Shown in pieces: positions 1-9,085 of a stretch of DNA of 31,254 nt. Below the pieces are notes generated by a model. That model worked only from the letters and a program-made list of their open reading frames with translations, searched no databases and was not told the origin of the DNA. Numbering within the stretch: position 1 is the stretch's first letter; every line of letters starts with the position of its first letter. Origin of the DNA: an uncultured Deinococcales bacterium (lineage in GTDB: Bacteria; Deinococcota; Deinococci; Deinococcales; JAAFIG01); contig CAXTTL010000029.1 in assembly GCA_964247135.1 (NCBI GenBank), forward strand, positions 1 through 31,254. Direction: 5' to 3'. Both the position numbers and the translations under genes were made by a program.

Positions 1-145
1 TGCAAAAAATGTTGTTTCGCACGAGTCTCATGTCATTTTGATTCTCGAGCGTCCCGTCATGCAAGGCACAGTCGGGTTTGCATTGGACTGGTAGGCTAGA
101 GATCAAGATTCCCCTCTTCGCCCTCTTGCAAACAAGGATGGTGCA

Positions 146-1561
146 ATGAAAGCCTCAACCCTCTTAGAACTCAAAGCCTCTGGTTATCGCGCCCGCAGCG
201 TGCAAGACGAAGTCCGCGAAAACCTGATCAAAAAAATCAAAGCCGGCGAACAAATCTTTCCAGGTGTGGTCGGTTACGAAGACACCGTCACGCCACAAGT
301 GGTGAATGCACTTTTAGCACGCCAGAATTTCATTTTGCTGGGTTTGCGCGGACAAGCCAAATCCAGAATTTTGCGTGCGATCACCGAACTCTTGGACCCA
401 GAAGTGCCATACATTCTGGGCACAGAACTCCATGATGACCCGCTCAACCCCATCTCGAGCGAAGCCAAACGCATTCTCGAGCGCGACGGCGACGCGACCA
501 AAATTGGTTGGTTGCCCCGCGCCCACCGTTACGTCGAAAAACTTGCCACGCCAGATGTGACCGTTGCCGACATGATCGGCGACGTTGACCCGATCAAAGC
601 CGCCCGCATGGGCGAAAGCCTGGGCAACGAATTGACGATCCATTACGGTTTGCTGCCCCGAGCCAACCGAGGCATTTTTGCCGTCAACGAACTCGCTGAC
701 CTTGCGCCAAAAGTTCAGGTCGGTCTGTTCAACATCATGCAAGAAGGCGATGTGCAAATCAAAGGCTACCCCATCAGGCTCGAGCTTGACGTGATGCTGG
801 TCTTCAGCGCCAACCCTGAAGATTACACAGCCAGGGGTAAGATTGTCACGCCCTTAAAAGACCGCATCGGTTCGGAAATTCGCACGCACTATCCGAGCGA
901 CATTGCCCGAGGCATGGAAATCACGCGCCAAGAAACCGATGTCAGTTCTCGAGCCGACATTCCAGGTTTTGTTGCCGAGATCATTGAAGAAGTTGCTTTT
1001 CAAGCCCGCGACGACAACCGCGTGGACAAGCAATCGGGTGTCTCACAGCGCTTGCCAATCAGTTTGATCGAACTGGTCGCCAGCAACGCCGAACGCCGTT
1101 CATTCCTCGAGAATGCTGACGCCGTTGCAAGACCGCTCGACTTGTACGCTGGACTTCCCGCCATCACGGGCAAGATGGAACTCGAGTACGAAGGCGAGTT
1201 AAAAGGCGCGGACACCATCGCCAAAGACATGATTCGCAAAGCTGCCGGAGCCGTCTTTTCCAGACGCGCTGGGAAACTCAACACCAAAGAACTCGAGGAT
1301 TGGTTTGAAGCGGGCAACGTTCTGAACATTCCGCAAATAGGTGGCTCGAGCGCCGCCGTGAAAACCCTCGAGAAAGTTCCGAATTTACTGCGATACGCCC
1401 GAGATTTAGCCGAAGGCTCGAGCGACGCGCACACCCTGGCTGCCGCCGAATTTATTCTGGAAGGCTTGTACGGCAAGAAGAAAGTCTCGAGAAGCGAAGA
1501 ATTTGGGTACGCGGCAGCCGAACCAGAACAAGTCCGTGGACGTGGTGGACGCTGGAATTAA
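146..1561 (+). CDS. AAA+ ATPase, Mg-chelatase ChlI/MoxR-like (Rv0958-type), partner of downstream vWA protein
   Basis: Degenerate Walker A GLRGQAKS, Walker B-like [20 protein letters not shown] motif; vWA gene 780 bp downstream. Confidence 0.85.
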   Translation: MKASTLLELKASGYRARSVQDEVRENLIKKIKAGEQIFPGVVGYEDTVTPQVVNALLARQNFILLGLRGQAKSRILRAITELLDPEVPYILGTELHDDPLNPISSEAKRILERDGDATKIGWLPRAHRYVEKLATPDVTVADMIGDVDPIKAARMGESLGNELTIHYGLLPRANRGIFAVNELADLAPKVQVGLFNIMQEGDVQIKGYPIRLELDVMLVFSANPEDYTARGKIVTPLKDRIGSEIRTHYPSDIARGMEITRQETDVSSRADIPGFVAEIIEEVAFQARDDNRVDKQSGVSQRLPISLIELVASNAERRSFLENADAVARPLDLYAGLPAITGKMELEYEGELKGADTIAKDMIRKAAGAVFSRRAGKLNTKELEDWFEAGNVLNIPQIGGSSAAVKTLEKVPNLLRYARDLAEGSSDAHTLAAAEFILEGLYGKKKVSRSEEFGYAAAEPEQVRGRGGRWN

Positions 1562-1579
1562 TGATTAGGAGGGTTCAAC

Positions 1580-1801
1580 ATGAACCAAACCGTTTCACTC
1601 GATGAAGCCTTGGACGTGATCGAAAGACTTCCCAGAGAAAATTGGCAAACACCGATTGATATTGTCAATAAACGCGACCATGAACTGCGTCGAGAACAGA
1701 TCGCACAAAACATACAGGAGTCTCGAGCAGAATACCAACGCAGTGAATTGAAACCCATGAATGTTGAACAAGCCATGAAAGCACTGAACGAGTGTTATTA
1801 A
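1580..1801 (+). CDS. Small helical protein, putative antitoxin (paralog of next ORF)
   Basis: SD AGGAGG upstream; similar pattern to 1838..2065 (L..L..E.Q...I.I...R..E.RR..I.....E). Confidence 0.6.
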   Translation: MNQTVSLDEALDVIERLPRENWQTPIDIVNKRDHELRREQIAQNIQESRAEYQRSELKPMNVEQAMKALNECY

Positions 1802-1837
1802 ATTCCAAAAATAACCTTTTGATTGGAGATGATACCC

Positions 1838-2065
1838 ATGCTAATATCCACACCAGTAGATCAAGTCCTGCATAGTCTCGATTTGCTTTCTAATGAAGAT
1901 CAGGAAATTGTATTAAATATCTTGAAACAGCGACACCTTGAACGAAGACATGCAGAAATTATTGCTGAAGCAAAAGAAACCAGCGCAGCAAATCTTCGTG
2001 GCGAGCTAAAAACGCAATCGGTTGCCGATTTTATACGAGAAGTAAATGCCGAGCATTCGACCTAG
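1838..2065 (+). CDS. Putative antitoxin of RelE/YafQ-type toxin
   Basis: 75 aa, overlaps toxin start; GGAG upstream of ATG 1838. Confidence 0.65.
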   Translation: MLISTPVDQVLHSLDLLSNEDQEIVLNILKQRHLERRHAEIIAEAKETSAANLRGELKTQSVADFIREVNAEHST

Positions 2066-2321
2066 TCCCGCTTTTAAGCGAGCTTATAAGTTTTATGTTT
2101 CTAAGCACCCAGAATCAATTGATCAAATCAACGAAACCTTGTTACAACTTGAGTTAGACCCTCGAGCAACATCACTTAAAACGCACAAATTACAAGGTGA
2201 ATTAAAAGGATATTTGGCTTGTAGTGCAGGGTACGATTTACGTATTGTTTTTGAGGAAAATAAAACTGAGGATTATATCGTACTTATTACAATTGGCACG
2301 CATGACGAAGTGTACAGATAA
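2046..2321 (+). CDS. Type II TA toxin, RelE/YafQ family mRNA interferase
   Basis: SPAFKRAYK...[26 protein letters not shown]...IGTHDEVY, typical of the RelE/YafQ superfamily. Confidence 0.88.
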   Translation: MPSIRPSPAFKRAYKFYVSKHPESIDQINETLLQLELDPRATSLKTHKLQGELKGYLACSAGYDLRIVFEENKTEDYIVLITIGTHDEVYR

Positions 2322-2341
2322 GCTCGAGAGTGAGGTCTTTT

Positions 2342-3571
2342 ATGCCAACCACAACCCGCTCGACCCGTTATTCCAAATACGAATCCACCCTCGACGACAT
2401 CGACACCTCGAGCATCATGGAAATGATCCGCGATTCGATCATTGGCTCTGCGTTCAACAATCCTTACGACCCAGACCCGAACTCTGGGCAGAGCATGGAC
2501 GAGTTGCGCGAAGCGATTTTGCAGGCGTTGATGGAACGCGATTTGATTCCTGACGACATGCTCAAAGAGGCGCAAAGCACCAAGGATTTTGACAAAACGC
2601 GCCTTTCGCAAGAAATTTCCAAAATGATTCAACGCATGAAAGACGAGGGGTACATTCGCGTCGATGATCCCGCCCCGAGCGAAGCCAGCGGGCAAGGCGG
2701 TGCGGGCGACCCAGGGCAGGCGCAATTTCAACTGACCGACAAAAGCATTGACTTTCTGGGCTACAAAACCTTGCGCGATTTGCTCGGCGGTTTGGGCAAG
2801 TCCAGCATGGGACGGCACGACACCAAAGAGTACGCCTCGGGTGTCGAAATGACGGGCGACCTGAAGGATTACGAATTTGGCGATACACTCAATTTGGACA
2901 TTGGCGCAACCCTGACCAACACGATGGCAAAAGGACTTGAGAACCTCGAGGAATCCGATTTGGTCGTGCGTCAAGCCGAGTACAAAAGCAGCGCCGCAAC
3001 GATTGTGATGCTGGACTGTTCGCACAGCATGATCTTGTACGGCGAGGACAGGTTCACACCCGCCAAGCAAGTCGCACTCGCGCTGGCGCACATGATTCGC
3101 ACGCAATATGCGGGAGACACGATCAAGTTTGTGTTGTTTCACGATTCTGCCGAAGAAATCCCTTTGGGCAAACTCGCACAATGCCAAGTTGGTCCGTACC
3201 ACACCAACACCGCAGGCGGCTTAAGGCTCGCGCAACAACTCTTGAAGCGTGAGAACAAAGACATGAAGCAAATCATCATGATTACCGACGGCAAACCCTC
3301 GGCATTAACCTTGCCCGACGGCAGAATTTACAAAAACGCTTGGGGTTTAGACCCATTCGTGCTGGGCGAGACCATCCGCGAGGTGGCGCAATGCAGGCGT
3401 TCGGGTATTCAAATCAACACCTTCATGCTGGCTCGAGACCCCGATTTGATTGCGTTCGTAAAAAAAGTTGCCGAGATGACGCATGGTAAGGCGTATTTCA
3501 CCACGCCGCACAATGTAGGGCAGTATGTGTTGATGGATTACGTGAACAAACGCGTTAAAACCGTGAATTGA
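2342..3571 (+). CDS. vWA domain protein (Rv0959-like)
   Basis: MIDAS DCSHSM, MITDGKP; GAGG upstream of ATG 2342; paired with AAA+ ATPase. Confidence 0.88.
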   Translation: MPTTTRSTRYSKYESTLDDIDTSSIMEMIRDSIIGSAFNNPYDPDPNSGQSMDELREAILQALMERDLIPDDMLKEAQSTKDFDKTRLSQEISKMIQRMKDEGYIRVDDPAPSEASGQGGAGDPGQAQFQLTDKSIDFLGYKTLRDLLGGLGKSSMGRHDTKEYASGVEMTGDLKDYEFGDTLNLDIGATLTNTMAKGLENLEESDLVVRQAEYKSSAATIVMLDCSHSMILYGEDRFTPAKQVALALAHMIRTQYAGDTIKFVLFHDSAEEIPLGKLAQCQVGPYHTNTAGGLRLAQQLLKRENKDMKQIIMITDGKPSALTLPDGRIYKNAWGLDPFVLGETIREVAQCRRSGIQINTFMLARDPDLIAFVKKVAEMTHGKAYFTTPHNVGQYVLMDYVNKRVKTVN

Positions 3572-3583
3572 GGTAAAACTTAG

Positions 3584-3620
3584 GAATCTCGAGCTTGATT
3601 TAGAGGCTCGAGATTCTTTT
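3584..3620 (+). terminator. Intrinsic terminator between convergent genes
   Basis: GAATCTCGAGC (3584-3594)/GCTCGAGATTC (3606-3616) perfect 11-bp stem followed by T-run. Confidence 0.7.
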
Positions 3621-3813
3621 ATTTATCAATGGTTTTATGATTTTCAAAAGTTTTCCAAATTTTTTCATAAACCACTTCAATTTCTGTCCTACTTTTTACG
3701 CCAACACGAATATTTATATCGCTTGAAGGATCATGTATTACTTCTCTAAGACAATCTAAAACCAGTGATAAATCATTTAACGTGATCTCGAATTGAACTA
3801 TTTTGTTTTGCAT
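3619..3813 (-). CDS. Small AT-rich hypothetical protein (orphan immunity-like)
   Basis: 64 aa ORF with GAGAGAGGA SD; low GC versus flanks. Confidence 0.55.
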   Translation of the reverse strand: MQNKIVQFEITLNDLSLVLDCLREVIHDPSSDINIRVGVKSRTEIEVVYEKIWKTFENHKTIDK

Positions 3814-3860
3814 AAATCCTCTCTCAATAATATTGCTCTAAAAACTTCCATACCTCGTCC

Positions 3861-3911
3861 TCAGACCTCAATTTCACAACCGCACTCGAGATTCAATTGT
3901 ACATGTGATTC
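3861..3911 (-). repeat. Relict duplicate of the Uma2 gene 3' end
   Basis: Translates ESHVQLNLECGCEIEV* versus ESPVKLNLECGCEIEV* at 4614-4664. Confidence 0.85.
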
Positions 3912-3947
3912 GCGCAAAAAACCGATTCAATCGTGTACAATCTAGCT

Positions 3948-4178
3948 ATGGAAATCGCATTGTCAAAAGATGCGCTCAGACGCATTGAAAAACTGCAAAA
4001 CAGCCTAAAAACCACCAGTGCGGACGTGATTGAACAAGCACTGGTCGAACTCGAGCGTCGAGCCGATAATTTTCGGGCAATTCTCGAGGATGATGCTGTC
4101 AATCATGATTTGTCCGAAGAGGATGGAATGTTGTTGGCACTCGAGGCGCAACGTGCTGTGCGGGATGCTCGAGGTTAG
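3948..4178 (+). CDS. Putative antitoxin (RHH/CopG-like), leaderless
   Basis: TACAAT(3936-3941)-N6-ATG; stop overlaps PIN gene start. Confidence 0.7.
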   Translation: MEIALSKDALRRIEKLQNSLKTTSADVIEQALVELERRADNFRAILEDDAVNHDLSEEDGMLLALEAQRAVRDARG

Positions 4179-4609
4179 TGTTAAAAGTTGTTTTGGATAC
4201 GAATGTTTTTATCAGTGCGATGCTTCACCCAGATGGCGTTTGTGGAAATATCATTCGAGCTTGGGAACACCGCGCTTTTGTGGTGTTGTATAACTTTGAG
4301 TTGCTCGAGGAAATCAAATTGGTTTGCGCTTACCCACGTTTGAAAAAGCGTTTGAAACGCAATCGGATTGGTGCGCTTGTCAATCAATTGCACTCGGACG
4401 GCTTGTACATTAAAGGCAACCGAACCTGGAGGGAATCCAAAGACCCAAAGGACAATTTCTTAATCGCTATTGTCGAACAAGGTCATGCCGATGCTTTGGT
4501 GAGCAGCGATAACATTGGCGTTTTGGAATTGAAAACGCTTGGAGAAGCTGTTATTTTGACTCCAGCCGAGTTCTTAAATTTTTTGCGATTGCGTCAATTG
4601 ATTGACTAA
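4178..4609 (+). CDS. PIN-domain toxin (PIN_3/VapC-like)
   Basis: VVLDTNVFISA, LEE, DPKDNFL, ADALVSSD acidic PIN motifs. Confidence 0.88.
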   Translation: MLKVVLDTNVFISAMLHPDGVCGNIIRAWEHRAFVVLYNFELLEEIKLVCAYPRLKKRLKRNRIGALVNQLHSDGLYIKGNRTWRESKDPKDNFLIAIVEQGHADALVSSDNIGVLELKTLGEAVILTPAEFLNFLRLRQLID

Positions 4610-4613
4610 ATCC

Positions 4614-5114
4614 TTAAACCTCAATTTCACAACCACACTCGAGATTTAATTTCACGGGTGACTCGAGCCGTATCTTAAAGTCTTTTCTGTGATGGTACAC
4701 GATTTTAAGCCGTGGCTCGAGAATCAAAACATCTTTCACGCCCAAGCCAAGGTAAAAACTGGGGGCAACCTCGAGGTCTTTGTACTCGTAACCTTCGGAA
4801 ATCACTTCAACCACGGCTTCGGGGATAATCTCGAGGGCGCTGTAAAGTTGTTCGGGTTTTAATTCTTGGCAGAGAATCGCAATGTCTGGACGTTTGAGTG
4901 AACCTTCGCCAAACTTAAAAAGCGTGTCCGAAAGGTGCGTGCAGGCACAAGCTCGAGAATCATCTTTTGGTTTAATGCTCTCTCGAATTCGGTCAATCTC
5001 GAGTTGATGCCCTGCGACTGGACTGGCTTCCCACAGTGGAACACCACGCACAAACTCGAGCCGCACATTCATGTTGGCAGCATCAAGAATCATTTGCTCG
5101 GGTGTTATTGCCAT
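4614..5114 (-). CDS. Uma2 family (PD-(D/E)xK) putative endonuclease, leaderless
   Basis: RLEFVRG...SP...H, KRPDIA, PEAVVEVIS, KD...Y...GV; TAAACT-N6-ATG. Confidence 0.85.
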   Translation of the reverse strand: MAITPEQMILDAANMNVRLEFVRGVPLWEASPVAGHQLEIDRIRESIKPKDDSRACACTHLSDTLFKFGEGSLKRPDIAILCQELKPEQLYSALEIIPEAVVEVISEGYEYKDLEVAPSFYLGLGVKDVLILEPRLKIVYHHRKDFKIRLESPVKLNLECGCEIEV

Positions 5115-5144
5115 GCGCCAAGTTTAGCACCAGTGCGTGAAAAA

Positions 5145-5291
5145 TCACTTTTTCTTCTGGGTTTTAACCCGTTTCTCGAGCTTGGTTTTTAACCACGCAA
5201 TTAAAGACTCGAAAGTTTCGGGTTGCGGATGCTCGAGTTGCAGTTTTAAGGTGCGTGCAAGCATAATTTTGCGGTGTTCGGTTAAGGTCAT
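5145..5291 (-). CDS. Unannotated 48-aa basic small protein MTLTEHRKIMLARTLKLQLEHPQPETFESLIAWLKTKLEKRVKTQKKK
   Basis: ATG overlaps GNAT stop (ATGA); fills the gap to the Uma2 promoter; in-frame CTCGAG (LE) like host genes. Confidence 0.6.
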   Translation of the reverse strand: MTLTEHRKIMLARTLKLQLEHPQPETFESLIAWLKTKLEKRVKTQKKK

Positions 5292-5734
5292 GGGCGCAAT
5301 TGAAGAAGCATCTCGAGTGGCTGACCAAGTTGATGTTCTGTACTTTTAGGAACAAAACCAAATTGCTCAAAAAAACCAATTGCGGCTGTTGGTGTGTTAA
5401 GCATGACTGTGCGAACAATTGCAGTTTCGCGCAACCAATTCAGACGGTACTCGAGCAAGGCAGAGCCTATGCCTGTGCGGTGGTAGGCTCGAGCAACCAT
5501 GCCCCAATTCAGACTGGCAAGAATTGCGCCTGGAAAAATGTAGACGCCGCCACAGGCGATCAAGTGCTTGCTGTGATTCTCGAGCACAAAAAAGGTGTGA
5601 CCTGGGCTGTCAATTTCGTCGAGGTAATCGGTGAAGTCGTCTCGGGTTTCGGGCGGGAAGAAGCCTGGAATGTTGGAATCGAGCACCCGCAGACACGCCA
5701 GGCGGTCTTTGCGGGTGTATTCTCGAATTTCCAT
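5288..5734 (-). CDS. GNAT family N-acetyltransferase, leaderless
   Basis: IREY...D, V...YHRTGIGSALL motif A, GFFEQFGF; TACGCT-N6-ATG at 5734. Confidence 0.85.
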   Translation of the reverse strand: MEIREYTRKDRLACLRVLDSNIPGFFPPETRDDFTDYLDEIDSPGHTFFVLENHSKHLIACGGVYIFPGAILASLNWGMVARAYHRTGIGSALLEYRLNWLRETAIVRTVMLNTPTAAIGFFEQFGFVPKSTEHQLGQPLEMLLQLRP

Positions 5735-5792
5735 GCCTCTAGCGTACCAAGCTTGCACGCTTGGCGTGCAAGAATCAAGTTATGCTGAATTC

Positions 5793-6455
5793 GTGAAAAA
5801 ATTCTTGTTGATCGGCTTTCTTGGTTTGTCGTTGGCGCAAGCTGGGGACATCACGCATTTTGATTTGATTGGTTTCTCAAAGAGCGGCGCGTATGTGGCG
5901 TTTGGTCAAGCCGCAATCGGTGACGGCACTGGTTTTCCGTATGCTGGCATTGATGTGATCGACGTTGCCAAGAACACTTTGGTCGCCAGTGCCAATGTCG
6001 ATACCCAAACCGATAACTCGAGCACGGCAGAGGTGCGTGCGGCGGTACTTTCCAAGGCTGCGCCGATGTTGAAAAAGTACGGTATTCAAATGGGCAACCA
6101 GGGTCGCTTTGTGGCGGGTGGCTTGGGTGGCGCTCAGGGTGCGGCGGTGGACAACTCGCTCGAGTTTAATGCAAAAGGCATTTCGTACCGTCTCGAGCTT
6201 TCGATGCGTGACAGCGGTGCCCAAACGGACTGTGATGGTCACGCGCCGCAACTCTTAAAAGTGACTCTGGCTGGAAAAACCACCAGGGTTTTGCAAAACG
6301 ATACCAAACTCCCCGCCAGCCGTCATTGCGCATCCGATTACAGAATGCACAGTGTTTTTGTTTCCAACTCGAGTTTGGTCGTGTTTGTTTCGGTCAGCAG
6401 TGACGGGTTTGAAGGTCCCAACATCAAGTTTATGGCGGTGACGGCTAAACTGTAA
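5793..6455 (+). CDS. Secreted protein, DUF2259-like, leaderless
   Basis: Signal peptide (V)KKFLLIGFLGLSLAQA; GFS..G.YVAFGQ..I.DGTGFPYA; LP.SR.C; GFEGP; TATGCT-N6-GTG. Confidence 0.75.
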   Translation: MKKFLLIGFLGLSLAQAGDITHFDLIGFSKSGAYVAFGQAAIGDGTGFPYAGIDVIDVAKNTLVASANVDTQTDNSSTAEVRAAVLSKAAPMLKKYGIQMGNQGRFVAGGLGGAQGAAVDNSLEFNAKGISYRLELSMRDSGAQTDCDGHAPQLLKVTLAGKTTRVLQNDTKLPASRHCASDYRMHSVFVSNSSLVVFVSVSSDGFEGPNIKFMAVTAKL

Positions 6456-6953
6456 TCACTTTGGGAAAATGGGGATGTTGAGGGCACTCAAGCTCGAGTA
6501 AATCACTTTCCAACCGGCTTTTTGATCGGCAACCAATTGGGCGTTACCCGTTTTGGTAACGCTCAAACCATTTTTGAGGGTCACGGTCAGTTTGAATTTG
6601 ACGTTTGCAACGTTGCTCGAGACTGTAGCGCTCACGACTGGCAAGCCAAAACTTTTTAATGGGTCGCTGGCGATCAGGGCACGAAGCGAGTCTGGCGCGT
6701 TTTGAATGAAGCGCAACGTCCAGTTTGGATCGGCGCATTTCACACCTTCAAAAACCTGCCTGAAGGCGTTCGCGGCGGTGCTGGCGTTTTGAGCTGGAGT
6801 GACCGAAGTTTCGCCCGAGATTTGATTGATGGCTTCAACCGCCCAGTGACAGCTTGGCACATCCACAAACGCAGTCTGAGCCGTAATTTGTGTGCCAAGA
6901 CCGCCAAAAACCAACAGGCTCGAGAGACCGAAGAACGCAAGTTTATTTCGCAT
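6456..6953 (-). CDS. Secreted protein with SLH-like motif
   Basis: GGAGG SD, signal peptide, FVDVPSCHWAVEAINQI resembles the S-layer homology motif. Confidence 0.65.
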   Translation of the reverse strand: MRNKLAFFGLSSLLVFGGLGTQITAQTAFVDVPSCHWAVEAINQISGETSVTPAQNASTAANAFRQVFEGVKCADPNWTLRFIQNAPDSLRALIASDPLKSFGLPVVSATVSSNVANVKFKLTVTLKNGLSVTKTGNAQLVADQKAGWKVIYSSLSALNIPIFPK

Positions 6954-7055
6954 AAAACCTCCAAGAACGCTCGAGCCATTTAGTGACTCGAGCATAGTCC
7001 TCGAATCGCAAAATGGCTGTGTCGCGGCTCACTCAAATCGAATTGGAACTTTAGA

Positions 7056-7085
7056 TTGAAAAGCTGACTCAAACCTGGGTATACT
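7056..7085 (+). promoter_or_regulatory. Sigma70-type promoter for the Fur-aat-PSP1 operon
   Basis: TTGAAA-18-TATACT. Confidence 0.5.
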
Positions 7086-7113
7086 CCGATTCTCGAGACG
7101 CTCGAGGTCATCT

Positions 7114-7500
7114 ATGGCAATCATTCGTTTTACCCGTCAACGTCAAGCCGTGCTCGAGGTGGTGCAAGCCTCCAGAGAACACCCTGACGCTGCCCGCGTG
7201 TTTGAAACCGTGCGTGAAACCGTGCCCAACATTTCCTTGGGAACGGTTTACAGGTCGCTCGAGGCACTGGCGCTCGAGGGGCATTTGATTCGGATTCAAC
7301 AACCTGGTCAAGCCACGCGTTACGACGCGAGGTTGGACGGGCATTATCATTTTATCTGCGATTCTTGCGCCCAGGTTTTTGATGTGATGCTCGAGCTTCC
7401 CGATTTGAATGGGATTGCCTCCAAAGCCCTGAATGGTTTTAGGGTCCAAAAAGCCAAAGTCGAATTTCATGGCATCTGTCAATCTTGTCAGAAGAATTAA
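7114..7500 (+). CDS. Fur family transcriptional regulator (PerR-like)
   Basis: TRQRQAV, HPDA, ISLGTVYRSL, HYHFICDSC, GICQSC. Confidence 0.9.
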   Translation: MAIIRFTRQRQAVLEVVQASREHPDAARVFETVRETVPNISLGTVYRSLEALALEGHLIRIQQPGQATRYDARLDGHYHFICDSCAQVFDVMLELPDLNGIASKALNGFRVQKAKVEFHGICQSCQKN

Positions 7501-7506
7501 AGCTCG

Positions 7507-8091
7507 ATGCTCGATGTGACCACGATCATTCAAGCGTATAAAGAGGGTTATTTTTTGATGGACAACGGCGAGGGTTTGGGTTGGTACTCGAGTCGCCGCC
7601 ACGCGCTGATCCCATTGGATGAACGCTTTCACGTGCCGACCAGTTTGCGCCGTGCGCTAAACTCTGGACGCTTTGAAACCAGAATCAATTCCGATTTTAT
7701 CGGCGTAGTGAACGGTTGCGCCTCACGGGAAGAAACCTGGATCACGCCCGAACTTAAACAGATTTACCTCGAGTTAAACCGCGCCGGTTTTGCTTTTAGT
7801 TTTGAAACTTGGTTTGAAAGCGAACTGGCGGCTGGCATTTTGGGCATTGTGATTGGCGGGGCATTCATTGGCGAAACCATGTTTTATGCCGTACCTGAAG
7901 CCTCCAAGGTGGCAATGGTGCGTCTGGTCGAACACCTTCGCGCCCGAGGTTTCATGCTGTTCGATGCGCAAATTCAAAACCCGCACCTCGAGCGTTTTGG
8001 GGCGTTTGAAATTCGGGAGCGGGAGTACAAACCACTGCTCGAGAAAGCGATTCGGACACCCGTAACTTTTCTGGACTTGCGCGAGATGTAA
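7507..8091 (+). CDS. aat: Leucyl/phenylalanyl-tRNA--protein transferase
   Basis: AY..GYF.M, TWIT, FIGETMF, ASKVA, LFDAQIQNPHLERFGA. Confidence 0.92.
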   Translation: MLDVTTIIQAYKEGYFLMDNGEGLGWYSSRRHALIPLDERFHVPTSLRRALNSGRFETRINSDFIGVVNGCASREETWITPELKQIYLELNRAGFAFSFETWFESELAAGILGIVIGGAFIGETMFYAVPEASKVAMVRLVEHLRARGFMLFDAQIQNPHLERFGAFEIREREYKPLLEKAIRTPVTFLDLREM

Positions 8092-8105
8092 ACTGAACCC
8101 ATGAA

Positions 8106-8912
8106 TTGGAGTACTTCATGACCACCCAAGGGATTCGTTTTGACAACGGACCAAAACTGTACGCCTTCGAGAATCCATTGCCAGAAATTATCATCGATAC
8201 CCGCGTGGTGGTGCAATCCAGACGCGGTTTGGAAGTCGCCACGGTTCGGACCAAGGACAACAGTCCGCAAACCCTCACGGCTGGGCGGATTGAGCGCATT
8301 GCAACGCCCGAAGACTTGGCGCAGCACGCCAAGCTCGAGGTGGAAGCGGGCGACCTGAAATGGTTTTTGCGTGCCAAAGCCAGGGAGCGCAGGTTGAACG
8401 TCAAAATTATTTGCGTCGAAATTACGCTGGACGGCACGAGTTTGACCGTCAGCTACTCGAGCGAGGAACGCATCGAATTGCGCGGTTTGGTACAGGATTT
8501 GAACACCAAAACCAGCGCTCAAATTCATTTTCATGCGGTTGGCGCTCGGGATCAGGCGCGGATCATGGGCGTGCTGGGCGTGTGCGGCACGGAAAATTGC
8601 TCGAGCCAACATTTGCAAGAGTTCACGCCGGTCACGATCAGGATGTCCAGGGATCAGCAGTTGCCCTTAAACCCAGAAAAAATTTCTGGTCCTTGCGGGC
8701 GCTTGCTGTGCTGCCTACAGTACGAGCATGAGATGTACATTGAACTCTTGAAGGATTTGCCGCGCAAGGGTGCGAAGGTGTGCAGCCACAACGACTCGAG
8801 TTTGGTGGGCAAGGTCGTGAAACTCAACCCGTTAAAGGGCACGGTGGATGTGCGCACCGATGAGGGGCAGTATTTTGAGGCTCGAGGGGAAGAGTTAAAA
8901 GCGGTCCGCTAA
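8106..8912 (+). CDS. PSP1 domain protein (YaaT/RicT-like)
   Basis: GVCG...CS, RDQQLPLNPEKISGPCGRLLCCLQYE signature. Confidence 0.88.
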   Translation: MEYFMTTQGIRFDNGPKLYAFENPLPEIIIDTRVVVQSRRGLEVATVRTKDNSPQTLTAGRIERIATPEDLAQHAKLEVEAGDLKWFLRAKARERRLNVKIICVEITLDGTSLTVSYSSEERIELRGLVQDLNTKTSAQIHFHAVGARDQARIMGVLGVCGTENCSSQHLQEFTPVTIRMSRDQQLPLNPEKISGPCGRLLCCLQYEHEMYIELLKDLPRKGAKVCSHNDSSLVGKVVKLNPLKGTVDVRTDEGQYFEARGEELKAVR

Positions 8913-8924
8913 AGGATTTTTGAG

Positions 8925-8954
8925 GCTCGAGGCGCGGTTGCCTTGGGCTTTTTT
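8925..8954 (+). terminator. Probable intrinsic terminator after PSP1 gene
   Basis: GCTCGAGGC/GCCTTGGGC stem with G-U pairs, then TTTTTT. Confidence 0.5.
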
Positions 8955-9085
8955 ATTGCTCAAGCCTCAAAAAGAATGAAATCCATTGACCCAAATCAAG
9001 AACACACGTCAGCATTTTAAACTCGAGACGCTGAACGGAACTTTTGCGCCATTCACATCGTGTCAATGGATTTCAAGGAGGCTTT

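Noticed and set aside
2273-3202. Long antisense ORF (309 aa), and similar ones at 11535-12227, 17449-18369, 21090-21848 and 22408-23160
   Set aside because: Shadow frames opposite well-supported genes, with no recognisable motifs
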